Below are positions 29,248 through 38,668 of a stretch of DNA of 64,000 bases, piece by piece (the stretch's first letter is position 1; every line of letters begins with the position of its first letter). The notes under the pieces were generated by a model. The model was not told where the DNA came from. It searched no databases and saw nothing but the letters and a program-made list of their open reading frames with translations. This DNA is from a virus (lineage: Duplodnaviria; Caudoviricetes). The stretch is taken from positions 28,713-92,712 of IMG/VR virus record IMGVR_UViG_3300033121_000711; one strand, written 5' to 3'. The position numbers and the translations under genes were made by a program.

Positions 29248-30002
29248 AACGAATACTTCTCAGTTAAGTATGCTGCAACGGTATCACGATCAGTTTCAGG
29301 TAAAACGCTATTGTATATTAGTAATGCGGCCAAATCACCATTCCACAGATTAGTTGTAGGTGATATTGCTGCCGAGCCAGATACTAAAAATCCGTTTGTA
29401 CCAGTGGTAATATTTCTATTAGCGGTCCCCGTTGACGCACCTAACTTCACATCAATCGTCATGTTACTGCCTGATGGTCCGGCAGACCACCAGATAAATA
29501 AGCCCCACGCTGTCGTATAAGTTACTCCAGTAGATTGTTGCCCTGTTCCTGCTTGTAGCAGGGACAGAGCTGCAACAGAATTATGACATAATGTTGCAGA
29601 ACCTGAAGAAGCATGTGAGGTTAATGTTTTTGTTGCATTTGTGTTATTAGCTTTTGCAACCTGAAAGACTGTAAAAGCCGAATTTAATGGCAGATAACCT
29701 GAACGATACAACGAATCATCTGACCCATCAAAACGTAAAACAGGATAACCATTAAATTGTAATAGTGGCCGTCTAGCATCTGATTGTGCTGTTACGTGGC
29801 GATTATTACCAGATTGATCAAGCCATGTTCCAACTGGATCTGTAGCTACACTTGCCACGGTCACATGGCTAGATCGTTCTTGATATAAGCCAAAATCTGT
29901 TTCTAACCACAGATTTAAGCCAGAGATTTGTGATGGCGTAAAAGTTCTACGTCTTTTCACAAATAAATTTAATGTCTTCGACAGTGAAAACGGATTTTTC
30001 AT
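29244..30002 (-). CDS. Putative capsid spike/fibre with LamG/ConA-like domain
   Basis: P.QISGL.LWL, VGTW.DQSGN, FDG.DD, G.....LIYN..L.......V..YL..KY. Confidence 0.65.
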   Translation of the reverse strand: MKNPFSLSKTLNLFVKRRRTFTPSQISGLNLWLETDFGLYQERSSHVTVASVATDPVGTWLDQSGNNRHVTAQSDARRPLLQFNGYPVLRFDGSDDSLYRSGYLPLNSAFTVFQVAKANNTNATKTLTSHASSGSATLCHNSVAALSLLQAGTGQQSTGVTYTTAWGLFIWWSAGPSGSNMTIDVKLGASTGTANRNITTGTNGFLVSGSAAISPTTNLWNGDLAALLIYNSVLPETDRDTVAAYLTEKYSL

Positions 30003-30265
30003 ACTATGATCCAGAATATTAGATCGCCATTAGTTCCAGCTAATGCGTAAAGATCTGAAAGATTGGCTCCCGGAAGAAAGATACCGTCTCCGGGAGCCAA
30101 TTGGAAGCCTTTTGTAGCCGAAACATTACTTTTGCCGATATACATATTAGTTGAATTATCGGCGTCTGCTTTTAACTGTATGCCAGAGATTAGTGGACTT
30201 GGTGTATTGGTATAGATTTGAGTAGCAGTTGAATTCGAGATTTCAGTCGATCCAAACTCTAGCAT
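29999..30265 (-). CDS. Small beta-sandwich decoration/spike-base-like protein
   Basis: Probable start ATG 30265 with GAGGA RBS; IQLKA...N...YIG...VS...GF.L.PG. Confidence 0.5.
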   Translation of the reverse strand: MLEFGSTEISNSTATQIYTNTPSPLISGIQLKADADNSTNMYIGKSNVSATKGFQLAPGDGIFLPGANLSDLYALAGTNGDLIFWIIV

Positions 30266-30353
30266 TTCAATATCCTCATTGCAAGCCAGGGGCTGCAATT
30301 CTTACACAAGATATTTGCAGATCACCCCCTTTACTGCTATTTCTCTCATATCT

Positions 30354-30478
30354 GTGCACGCTTTTTGGACCAAATTTTGACAGTGTTAGTTCCCTCATAT
30401 AGAGATACTGCCTTTTACAGAAAATTTCTACAGCTATTTTTGGCCCAAAAAGCGTGCACGCGTACCGTAGGTACGCGT
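30354..30478. repeat. Left cluster of TGGYCCAAAAASCGTGCAC motifs plus ACGCGTACC/GGTACGCGT inverted repeat
   Basis: Copies at 30354-30374 (reverse) and 30437-30460 (forward). Confidence 0.75.
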
Positions 30479-30562
30479 AAAATCAAATCCGTTTCAACTT
30501 TTTAGTAAATTTTTTCTTAAAAGTGTCGTATAGGTAGGTGAGGGTATAAATTTTTTAGATTT

Positions 30563-30590
30563 GATTTTCAAAATCGCGATTTTGAAAATC
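30563..30590. repeat. Perfect 28-bp palindrome within an A/T-tract repeat region
   Basis: GATTTTCAAAATCG|CGATTTTGAAAATC, followed by AAAATGC x3 and TTGTTTCT repeats. Confidence 0.85.
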
Positions 30591-30956
30591 GCGATTTTGA
30601 AAATGCAAAATGCAAAAATGCTTTTTGTTTCTTGCTCTTGTTTCTTGTTTCTTGTTTAAAAATTTATAATTCTGGCATAGAGTGGGGCACCGGCTGGACC
30701 GCTGTACACTGCCATTTTCACAGCTGGCCACGCTCCCCTCCTGGGGGCCTAACCGGGGACTTGCTTTCAACCCTGGCAGTATGATATAATGGGGGTGTAA
30801 GGAAGAGAGGGTGGCTCGTGGGAGCCAGACGGAGAGCGAGTGCCACGCGTTACTCACAGTGGGAGTGCGTGCCTTTCTCAGAAGAGCCTAAGCTGGCTCC
30901 CCACAAGCGAGCCCTTTCAACCTTGCAGGGGATAACTACGTCAAGAGGGTCATGCT

Positions 30957-31094
30957 ATGTACATCTGGGAGGTAGGGGTTGACGGTGATACCGTCGGCGG
31001 TATCTACACGCAAACATCGTGCATCTTCAACGCTATCGTAGTGGCCCGTGAAGCGTTCGGCCCGAACGCTGTCCCATTCATCATCTGGAGGTAA
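30957..31094 (+). CDS. Small hypothetical protein (45 aa, not in ORF track)
   Basis: MYIWEVGVDG...FIIWR*; upstream AAGAGG. Confidence 0.4.
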   Translation: MYIWEVGVDGDTVGGIYTQTSCIFNAIVVAREAFGPNAVPFIIWR

Positions 31095-31274
31095 CGCTTA
31101 GCGGCGTCGGCACCGTGATCGTCGCGACCTATCTGGTGGTCGCGATCGTGGCCTGGGGGTCAACCCGCCCATGACCCTAGGCATCATCGTCGCCCTTGTC
31201 GTGATCGAGCGGATTGTCGCGAGCCGAGACGTTCGGCTCGCGGAACGGCACCGGGAAATTTTTTGGAGGAACGC

Positions 31275-31303
31275 TTGACAGCCGGCCGTTACTGGCCTAA
31301 GAT
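31275..31303 (+). promoter_or_regulatory. Sigma70-type promoter
   Basis: TTGACA-17 bp-TAAGAT. Confidence 0.65.
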
Positions 31304-31309
31304 GTATAT

Positions 31310-31690
31310 ACCGGGAAAGGGAACGCACAGCGGTTCGAGTCCGCTACCCGGGCCTTGCCCACACCTTGTCTTGTTAAGGAGTCCGCGTAGCTTTTGAGGA
31401 TCATGATCCCTAGCGGTCGTGTATCCGTGGTCTAGCGAACCTTCTAATTGGCGAGCCGTCCGGAACGGTCAACCCCGGTAGGGGAGATACGGGCCAAGCC
31501 GTGTGAACTGCTGTGTCACGGTAGGCTTATGAGGCGGGATACGCTGGTGACATTGAAAGCCAGGAACCGCTGACACCTTGTCCGCAAGGGAGCAATACGG
31601 AACCGCCGACCGTGGTGAAACTCCACGGCCAAGGAGCGGTCCCGGTATAACCGGGGGATAGGCAAAGGGGCTGGACTCTTAACTCTTAAG
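31310..31690 (+). ncRNA. Candidate structured non-coding RNA/leader starting with a tRNA-like T-arm minihelix
   Basis: No long ORF; AGCGG-TTCGAGT-CCGCT enclosed by CCGGG/CCCGG; several GC hairpins. Confidence 0.35.
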
Positions 31691-31705
31691 AGAAAGGCCA
31701 GTCCG

Positions 31706-32146
31706 ATGATTACCAGCTATAAGAACCAAGTCTGCGTCCGTGAGTCAGTCGAAATGGGTCGGACCTACGAGATCCGCTTCTACACTAACCCGGAAGGGGA
31801 GGTCTACGGTATCAGCGTCTCGCTGGCCACCAGCGGGAACTGGAACTGGACGAAGAATGTCGGGTCGTATGACGACTGGCAAATTAAGACTCGGGTCGAA
31901 GATGCGGCCATCGAGGCCGGACTCACGATCCCGGCGTACCTCTGGTACGTCGAGCCAGAATGCGAAAGTTTCTGGCTTGTCGTAATCAACGAGAACATGA
32001 ACGACTTCAATGCTCGGGTCGTCAACGATACCGAGTACATCCCGTTCACAAACGAGCGTATCTACACCGCATGCCGAGAGCTGGATACGGCTCTCGAACA
32101 ACTCGAGGAAGCGAAAAGCTACCTCGCAGAACGTTTCGGTCGCTAA
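31706..32146 (+). CDS. Hypothetical early protein
   Basis: ATG with AAAGG upstream; GC-rich third codon positions. Confidence 0.7.
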   Translation: MITSYKNQVCVRESVEMGRTYEIRFYTNPEGEVYGISVSLATSGNWNWTKNVGSYDDWQIKTRVEDAAIEAGLTIPAYLWYVEPECESFWLVVINENMNDFNARVVNDTEYIPFTNERIYTACRELDTALEQLEEAKSYLAERFGR

Positions 32147-32242
32147 TCACCTCAGTCCAGCCTCTCTGCCTGTCCCCCCTGTTGTACATGGGAATAGCGT
32201 AGGATCCGTACAAACGGGCCGTCAACAGAATGGACGGTCAAG

Positions 32243-32533
32243 ATGTACGAGACATATACTTCTGACGGCGAATTTCTGGAGTTCTACGATAGCGTCATGG
32301 ACGCTATCCTAGGGACTCTGAAATACTGGCCTGAGGACAACAACCCTAAGACGGTCGTTGTCCGTAACCCGGAAGGCATAGACCTTGCCACGATAGCGGC
32401 AAGGTCATGTTATGAGGCGGTAGTAGTAACGGCCGACCACATTGAAGTGGTCAGCCAGATTAACTACTGCGATGGCCGCATCGTCGCGACAACCATGCTA
32501 AGAAATGGCCATCAGTTCAAGATCAACCACTAA
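32243..32533 (+). CDS. Hypothetical early protein
   Basis: ATG-started ORF filling the loop of the second inverted repeat. Confidence 0.65.
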   Translation: MYETYTSDGEFLEFYDSVMDAILGTLKYWPEDNNPKTVVVRNPEGIDLATIAARSCYEAVVVTADHIEVVSQINYCDGRIVATTMLRNGHQFKINH

Positions 32534-32712
32534 CAGGGTTGACGGCCCGTCTGTACGGATCCTACGTTGGGTGTGGTGTCTCCGCCAATACCCCGGATAG
32601 TATAATCCCGGATTTTCAACATCAGAGTTTCTACTATCCGGTAGACTGCGTGTGCAGTCTACCTTAACTATGTTCGAGCCGGTTGGCTCGAAACTGTTCA
32701 GGAGTGTATATC

Positions 32713-33801
32713 ATGGCGAAGAACATCACGAAAACCGTTTCGATCGACACCTTGATCGTGGACTTCAAGACCAATGTGCGTCTGGCGTCCAACTACGATC
32801 TCCCGGCAATGGAGCAGTCCATTGTCGAGAAAGGGAGGATCGAGGATGCGATACATGCCAGACTGTGTGACGGCGTTGTCCTTCGGGGTAATCGTCGCAC
32901 GCTCGCAGGGCAGAAACTGCTGAAGGATCCCGCCACCCCGCAAGAGGTGGTCGCTAACCTGAAAAAGGTCGTCGTGATCTATCACGACGTGGCACCGGGA
33001 TCAGCGGAGGAGCTGTCCATTGTCCTCGATCACGGTAGCCAGAAGAAGCTGTGCAAGACGGAAGTCTTGTTGAGCGTCTGGCGGCTCGATCGCCAGTTCC
33101 AGAGCGAGATGCAGATCATCAACCGACTGTACTTCGCTCTGGCGGAGTACACTCGTCGCCAGGAAAAGGCGATCGAGGCTAGCAAGATCGTGTCTCTCAA
33201 GGAGAGGCAGGACTACCTCCGATCGTGGTTGCACGGAACCGTCGGCAACTATATGTTGGCCGGCAACAAGATGGGCGAGTACGTGCGTCAGCAGATGGAA
33301 TTGACCCACATGGCCGAAGACGGCCTACTCCCGCAAGGTGTTACGGTCGAGTGCAAGATCGACCGGACTAGAATGACGAAACTGTCCGCCGCGAAAGAAG
33401 CGGACAGCGACGCCAAGAAGGGCGGAAAGGGCTGGACGTACGAGGCTGGCGGCGAGAAGTTCAATGAACTTCTCGAAACGTTCAAGGCCGAGGATCGTGG
33501 CGAAGTCGAGAAGGAGAAGAAAAGCCGGCCTTCCCCGAAGGAGTTGAAGGATCGGGCAAACTCCTTCAAGAGCCCTGCCATCAGGTCTGCCCTGATGGTT
33601 GCGGCCGGAGAGGTTGAACACGGCAAGGATCTCGTGGAGCTGGATGACCGTCTGCATCGTATGCAGATGGTCACGGATACGCTGTCCAAGCGTATCGGAG
33701 AGATCGCCGACGAAAAGATCGTTGCCCTCATCAAGGCCATCATCGGCGATGGACCGGCCGGTGAAATTGAATTGGCGATCAACAAGATCGTCGGCAAGTA
33801 A
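32713..33801 (+). CDS. ParB/Srx-like N-terminal domain protein
   Basis: I..LIVD...NVR....L..M..SI...G....I.....VVLRGNRR..A; start 32713 with AGGAG RBS. Confidence 0.65.
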   Translation: MAKNITKTVSIDTLIVDFKTNVRLASNYDLPAMEQSIVEKGRIEDAIHARLCDGVVLRGNRRTLAGQKLLKDPATPQEVVANLKKVVVIYHDVAPGSAEELSIVLDHGSQKKLCKTEVLLSVWRLDRQFQSEMQIINRLYFALAEYTRRQEKAIEASKIVSLKERQDYLRSWLHGTVGNYMLAGNKMGEYVRQQMELTHMAEDGLLPQGVTVECKIDRTRMTKLSAAKEADSDAKKGGKGWTYEAGGEKFNELLETFKAEDRGEVEKEKKSRPSPKELKDRANSFKSPAIRSALMVAAGEVEHGKDLVELDDRLHRMQMVTDTLSKRIGEIADEKIVALIKAIIGDGPAGEIELAINKIVGK

Positions 33802-33859
33802 AGTAAGTTAGCCCCTATCCGGGGTATTGACGAAGCCACCACACCCAAAAGGAGGAAGT

Positions 33860-34036
33860 ATGAGTGCATGGGCATACGTCAAGAAAGATCTTGACGTATG
33901 GCGGTACTGTATGAGCCGATACTTCGCACTATGCGAACGTATCGGCGGAACCGAATGTGCAAAAAGGTGTGTTCGACACCTTTTCAAGAGATGTGTCGCG
34001 GAACAGGTTCACACAATCCTGGAGTTAGTATCATGA
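33860..34036 (+). CDS. Small hypothetical protein
   Basis: AGGAGG RBS before ATG 33860. Confidence 0.55.
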   Translation: MSAWAYVKKDLDVWRYCMSRYFALCERIGGTECAKRCVRHLFKRCVAEQVHTILELVS

Positions 34037-34197
34037 AGATCCAGACGACTGGTAGGTTCATCAGTGTTTGCGAGCCCAACCAAGGTCGCACGTATGATGA
34101 AAATGGGCGTTTGCTTACGCGATCGCTCGTTACTGGGCGATCCCGCAAGCTGAACAAAAAGCTTCACGCACGCAAACTAAGGCGTGAAGTTATTTAG
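34033..34197 (+). CDS. Small basic hypothetical protein
   Basis: ATGA overlap; GGAG RBS. Confidence 0.5.
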   Translation: MKIQTTGRFISVCEPNQGRTYDENGRLLTRSLVTGRSRKLNKKLHARKLRREVI

Positions 34198-34284
34198 TCC
34201 ACATCCGGGGTAGCGATCATCCCCCGCTACTGAAACATAGGGGATGAACGGAGACACCACATTTGTTTCCCGGAGTGAAAAAGC

Positions 34285-34488
34285 ATGAAACGTCTCATAA
34301 CGTTTGATATCGGAGACCGTTTCCGGTATCAGAACTGTATATTCGAGGTGAAAGAGTTCGTATACAATAACGGACTCTTGTCCCATTTGGATTGTATCCT
34401 GGTGAGGTTTTTCTCAAACAATAAGTGGGTCTTTCCCGCAAACATTGTTGAGCAATTCTCACCGGAATTGCTTGTGGAGCTCAAATGA
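34285..34488 (+). CDS. Small hypothetical protein
   Basis: GGAG RBS, ATG. Confidence 0.5.
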   Translation: MKRLITFDIGDRFRYQNCIFEVKEFVYNNGLLSHLDCILVRFFSNNKWVFPANIVEQFSPELLVELK

Positions 34489-35192
34489 TAATGTTTACAC
34501 TGTTTCTGGGCATAATTCTGTATATTGTGCTCAGAATGCAAAAGTAAACCCGTGAGCCTAGCTAAACTAGGTGGTTCCGTGTTTATTGAAAACGGAACCA
34601 CGAGTCAAGGAAAAGCTACATGCTGATAATCACCCCGAAACAATGGAATGAGGCTACAATAAACGCCAGGTTGCGTTCATTGGGCTACTGTGAACTACGA
34701 TATGTTCAGGTATATCGGTTCAATATACCGCATACTTGAAATGCTCCCGGAGACGGTTCATTGTATCCGTCTAATGTGTTGAGGATTGGTGTATCACGGA
34801 ACAAAAAGCCGTGAATATACCAAACAACGTCGTAGTGAAAAAAGTCAATAGGTTATTCCGGGAGCATGTTTGGGTAGATTCAGACGGTAACGTCTGGGAT
34901 TATCCGAAAGACGATTGCGTAAAAAAGGAGGTATACACTGCGAATTAATCGGAACGCTCTATTGGAAACTTTTGGACTACCCCAAAAAATTCCGGCAGAG
35001 TATACGGCGGTTTTCTACAATGTGGAAAACTGGTCGTTTTGTAAGACTTATAGCGAGCGTGAACTGATCGGGACAATTTTGTCATTCTCCCGTCTCGGAA
35101 AAAGAAACATCGTGTTTATGTTGAATGTTCTTGCGGTCGTTTGATAACGACTGGCAAGTTCAAACAACACAGGTGCCTAAAGGCACGCAAAT

Positions 35193-35228
35193 AAAAATGG
35201 CCGGTATTGTACAATACCGGCCATTTTT
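35193..35228. terminator. Perfect 36-bp palindrome, likely bidirectional terminator at the strand convergence
   Basis: AAAAATGGCCGGTATTGT|ACAATACCGGCCATTTTT. Confidence 0.7.
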
Positions 35229-35266
35229 TGATTTGACCAAGCTAACTAGCTTGGTCCAAGCCAATT

Positions 35267-35612
35267 CGTGCACGCTTTTTGGCCCAAAATCCGTGCACGG
35301 TTTTTGGGCCAAAATTACCCTTTTTACTCTTTCAAAGTCATATTATTTCTGTGTGTAGTAAGGTAGTTATAGGAAAGAATAGAATTAATATAATTCGACT
35401 TAGGTAACGGTAAAACGGCCTTATCCTGGTGAACCCGTAGGGGTCGCTCCTGCTGGAATGCCGTCCCAGTGAAACAGGTTGCCCCGGAAAGGCATCCCGT
35501 TAGGTTATCCAGGTGATGACTCGACCAAACAAAACGCTCCACAGAGACGTGCATATGGTGGTCCAAAAACCGTGCACGACCCCGTCCAAAAGTGGCCCAA
35601 AAAGCGTGCACG
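35267..35612. repeat. Right cluster of TGGYCCAAAAASCGTGCACG motifs
   Basis: Copies at 35267-35314 (two, overlapping), 35559-35578 and 35593-35612. Confidence 0.75.
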
Positions 35613-36116
35613 CACTAACGTGCCAAAGCTTTAATCTGCTCTGGTGTAGCAATCTCTATCAAATCACCTTTAGCAATCCGTAACACTTCAGCAAACATTT
35701 TAAATCTCTCCGAATCAGTCTTATAGGTAGCTTCAAAAAAATCCTCTGTAATAGGTGAGTTCAAACGCCTCATCGATTGTAAGACCCAATCGACCATACC
35801 TATTAACACTGCATTTTATTGGCTGCCCAATTCTGCCTTCAACATTGAAACGCATATTGTTGACTGCAACCAACTCTGCTAGTCGTTCAAAATCCACAAG
35901 CTACTCCATAAATTATGCGACCACAAAGCATACTAGCATGCTCATTGACAAAGCTATCAAAGTATGCTTGTGGGCTAGAAGCTAATTGATATCTCTTACC
36001 GTTTAAAGTTATCTGTCCTTCAATACGCCACTCTTTATATCCTAAGATTTCAACAATCTTTTCTCTAGTGGCCTCACCTATCACCTCTTCGATCTTACCA
36101 TCTACAGTGATTTTGA

Positions 36117-36551
36117 TCATAACGTATCCTTAATGTAATCTACAAGCTGTAATGGCAATTCCGCCTCCTTAATGCTCAAAATGGCAATTGCAACTTTGAG
36201 TTTCATGAAGAATCCATCATAGTACACATTGTAATTACCCCTCACTCTCGATAAAACTTGCACCATATCCACCACATTGATCACCAAATCATTTCCCTCA
36301 ATCCGTATAAGCACATCCTCAGTAGGTGAGAAAGTGAGGATACGTTCCTCAGAGTAATAACAGCTAGTGAAATAGTTCCTAGTCTTTAAGATCTTAGCAA
36401 TGTTTGTTGAACATTGGGCTGCAAGATCTATAAGCCTATCAGTAGCATCCTTATTGGAAACTAATCTGGGTATCATGTTATTATTGGACCACCTATAATG
36501 CCGTAGAATACGCATCTTATCTTTATAACTTATATCTTCAATTTTTAACAT
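36117..36551 (-). CDS. Hypothetical protein
   Basis: ORF in a tightly packed minus-strand run. Confidence 0.55.
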   Translation of the reverse strand: MLKIEDISYKDKMRILRHYRWSNNNMIPRLVSNKDATDRLIDLAAQCSTNIAKILKTRNYFTSCYYSEERILTFSPTEDVLIRIEGNDLVINVVDMVQVLSRVRGNYNVYYDGFFMKLKVAIAILSIKEAELPLQLVDYIKDTL

Positions 36552-37186
36552 ACCTTATCCTTAATCATATCGATCAAAACTTTACTTATATATCCATCAG
36601 ATTCAACCATCCTAACAGCAATAATAGCTAGTGGTATACTCATAGTATGTTACCCGTCAAGTTTTACAGGGAACATTTTATTCTTGACTCTTCTCAAAAT
36701 TATAGCTAGCGGTTCCAGTGGTTTCTCAGAATGTACAACCATTAAATAATTTGGGCCAGAAATTGAAACTTCTAACACGCTATCTACATACAAAATCCCT
36801 TTCTCTTTATGCATACGTGGGCCTTGAAAATCCTGAATAGACCAAAAGTTTTGAAGCTGGCGGTAAGAATGCATAACCAGCGGAATATTAAAAGCTTTCC
36901 AAATGATAAGGGCGATTCTGAAATCAGGAGCTAAGAATGTAAGCTTCATAAAAAAGCAGACCGTTTGCACGGTCTGCCCCTGGTTAAACAAGATGTCCAA
37001 GATTATGTGGAACTAATCTGCTTTGAAGCAGTAGTCTAGCTTTTTCTTTGATCCTGGCTGTGCTCTCTAATCGCTGAACCTCTCTCAATTTTGCATCAGT
37101 CTTAGGACCATGCAAAGATCCTTCTTCAATGATCAGAGAGACTAGCTCATCGACATTGAGCAACATCCACTCATACTGGTTCAAAG

Positions 37187-37627
37187 TCATTTACCCGTAC
37201 TCCCAAAGCCACCACCACGATCTACAATATCCAAAACCTCAACCATTTGAACTTGAGGCCTCTCAACGTTTAAAAACAGAACTTGAACAATTCGGTGCCC
37301 AGCTTTCCATTCAAACTTCTGGGCTGTGCTGTTCCATAGCACAACACCCCACTCATTCCTATAATATGGGTCAATAACACCAGCGAAACGGTGAATACCT
37401 TTATTGCCCATGCCGGAACGATCCATCAAAATGCCAGCATAGCCAGGGGTAAAAGCTGAAGCGAATCCAAGCTTCACTAACTTTCTCTGTAACGGATCTA
37501 GGAATCCATCTTCCGGAACATATAGGTCGAAGCCTACAGCTTCAGGATCCACTAATACGCCTTCTTCATTAACTCCCCTAGTCGGAGCCCTAAAATTCGG
37601 ATGTAATGCTTTAACATGAAAATACAT
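37187..37627 (-). CDS. dut: Trimeric dUTPase
   Basis: GFDL, RSG, GVID..YR.E, RIVQ, RG.GFGSTG motifs. Confidence 0.92.
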   Translation of the reverse strand: MYFHVKALHPNFRAPTRGVNEEGVLVDPEAVGFDLYVPEDGFLDPLQRKLVKLGFASAFTPGYAGILMDRSGMGNKGIHRFAGVIDPYYRNEWGVVLWNSTAQKFEWKAGHRIVQVLFLNVERPQVQMVEVLDIVDRGGGFGSTGK

Positions 37628-38016
37628 TATAAATATACCTCTAGAATCTTAGCTACTTCCCGATCCAAAGTTTCACAATCCCGCGTCCAATCGACCTGAT
37701 CGTAACTTAACGACCGATAGAACACAACATAGCCTGAAAGTGTTTGAACAACACTCTCATCTGATGCTTGAAACTCCCAAGAATGCATCTTAACAGCTAA
37801 GGTTAAAACAGTTTGCCCTTTTTTGAGCAAGCTCAAATCTTTACGCTCAAAGCCTAATTGAACGTAAGAATCAAGAAGCTCATTAACATAGCAAGTTAAC
37901 TTAGTACCTATTATCTCTCGATATTTTTTATTTTCTTCAATAATACGTAATCTTGCAGCTTCTTTAGCCTTACGTTCAGCGGCTAATTGAAGTGCAATAT
38001 CAACCGATTTTGCCAT
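37627..38016 (-). CDS. Hypothetical protein
   Basis: Coupled ORF. Confidence 0.55.
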   Translation of the reverse strand: MAKSVDIALQLAAERKAKEAARLRIIEENKKYREIIGTKLTCYVNELLDSYVQLGFERKDLSLLKKGQTVLTLAVKMHSWEFQASDESVVQTLSGYVVFYRSLSYDQVDWTRDCETLDREVAKILEVYL

Positions 38017-38521
38017 CTCTATACGCCTTTTGTAGAAGTTGAACGACCATCAAAGCATCACTAACAGCATCATGATGCTCTAACATAGGCAATCCAGCAC
38101 GCTGCATACAAGTTTTAAGATTCGGTGGCTCGATATCATCGTGATGCAGATAGTACATCGTAGGATCCAAAACTCTTTGATGGAATTTAACTTGATCCCA
38201 TCCCTTAATCTTTCGCAAAAATCTGAGATCAAAAGTTCCAAGATTCTTACCAGCGAATACATTAACTGAGCCCACCCAGTTTGAAAGTATTCTCGGGAAC
38301 TTATTGATATCAATATAATCCGTACACGTTAACATAGCAGCTATCAATCTCTGATTAAGATTGATAGCGTAAGGCTCGCCAATAATTAATGGCGTGTAAA
38401 ACTTCCATCGGTTCGAGTCATATACATTTTCAAAATCCGCAATGACCGCACCAACTTCCAGAATCTGACAAACATGCTCATCAAGACCAGTGGTCTCGAT
38501 ATCAATACTTACGAACTTCAT
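38000..38521 (-). CDS. DEDDh 3'-5' exonuclease
   Basis: SIDIETTG, N..FD..FL, HDA..DA; probable start 38521. Confidence 0.85.
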   Translation of the reverse strand: MKFVSIDIETTGLDEHVCQILEVGAVIADFENVYDSNRWKFYTPLIIGEPYAINLNQRLIAAMLTCTDYIDINKFPRILSNWVGSVNVFAGKNLGTFDLRFLRKIKGWDQVKFHQRVLDPTMYYLHHDDIEPPNLKTCMQRAGLPMLEHHDAVSDALMVVQLLQKAYRDGKIG

Positions 38522-38668
38522 TTTGATACGCTCCAAAATCGAAGACATTCTTAGGATCAACTCTCTCGCCGAAATTGCCAAGAAAAACTTGCTGTCCTGA
38601 ATTAAACAGTTCAAGCATGAGATTGAACTGTTCTTCAGTCATCTTATAAACAGAGCCAAAACAAATAA

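Larger units (their letters stand above)
31653..33848. repeat. Three adjacent pairs of long inverted repeats, each enclosing one gene
   Basis: 31653-31677/32154-32178, 32198-32226/32538-32566, 32567-32600/33815-33848. Confidence 0.85.

Noticed and set aside
30555-31328. ORFs 30555..30857 and 31098..31328
   Set aside because: They overlap palindromic, low-complexity or promoter DNA and lack an RBS or protein-like composition.
32198-32566. IS element or MITE
   Set aside because: No transposase or target-site duplication; neighbouring genes have the same architecture with different repeat sequences.
30300-35600. Prophage boundary or host DNA suggested by the GC shift
   Set aside because: No integrase, att site or host housekeeping genes; the same motif flanks both sides, consistent with a phage early region.
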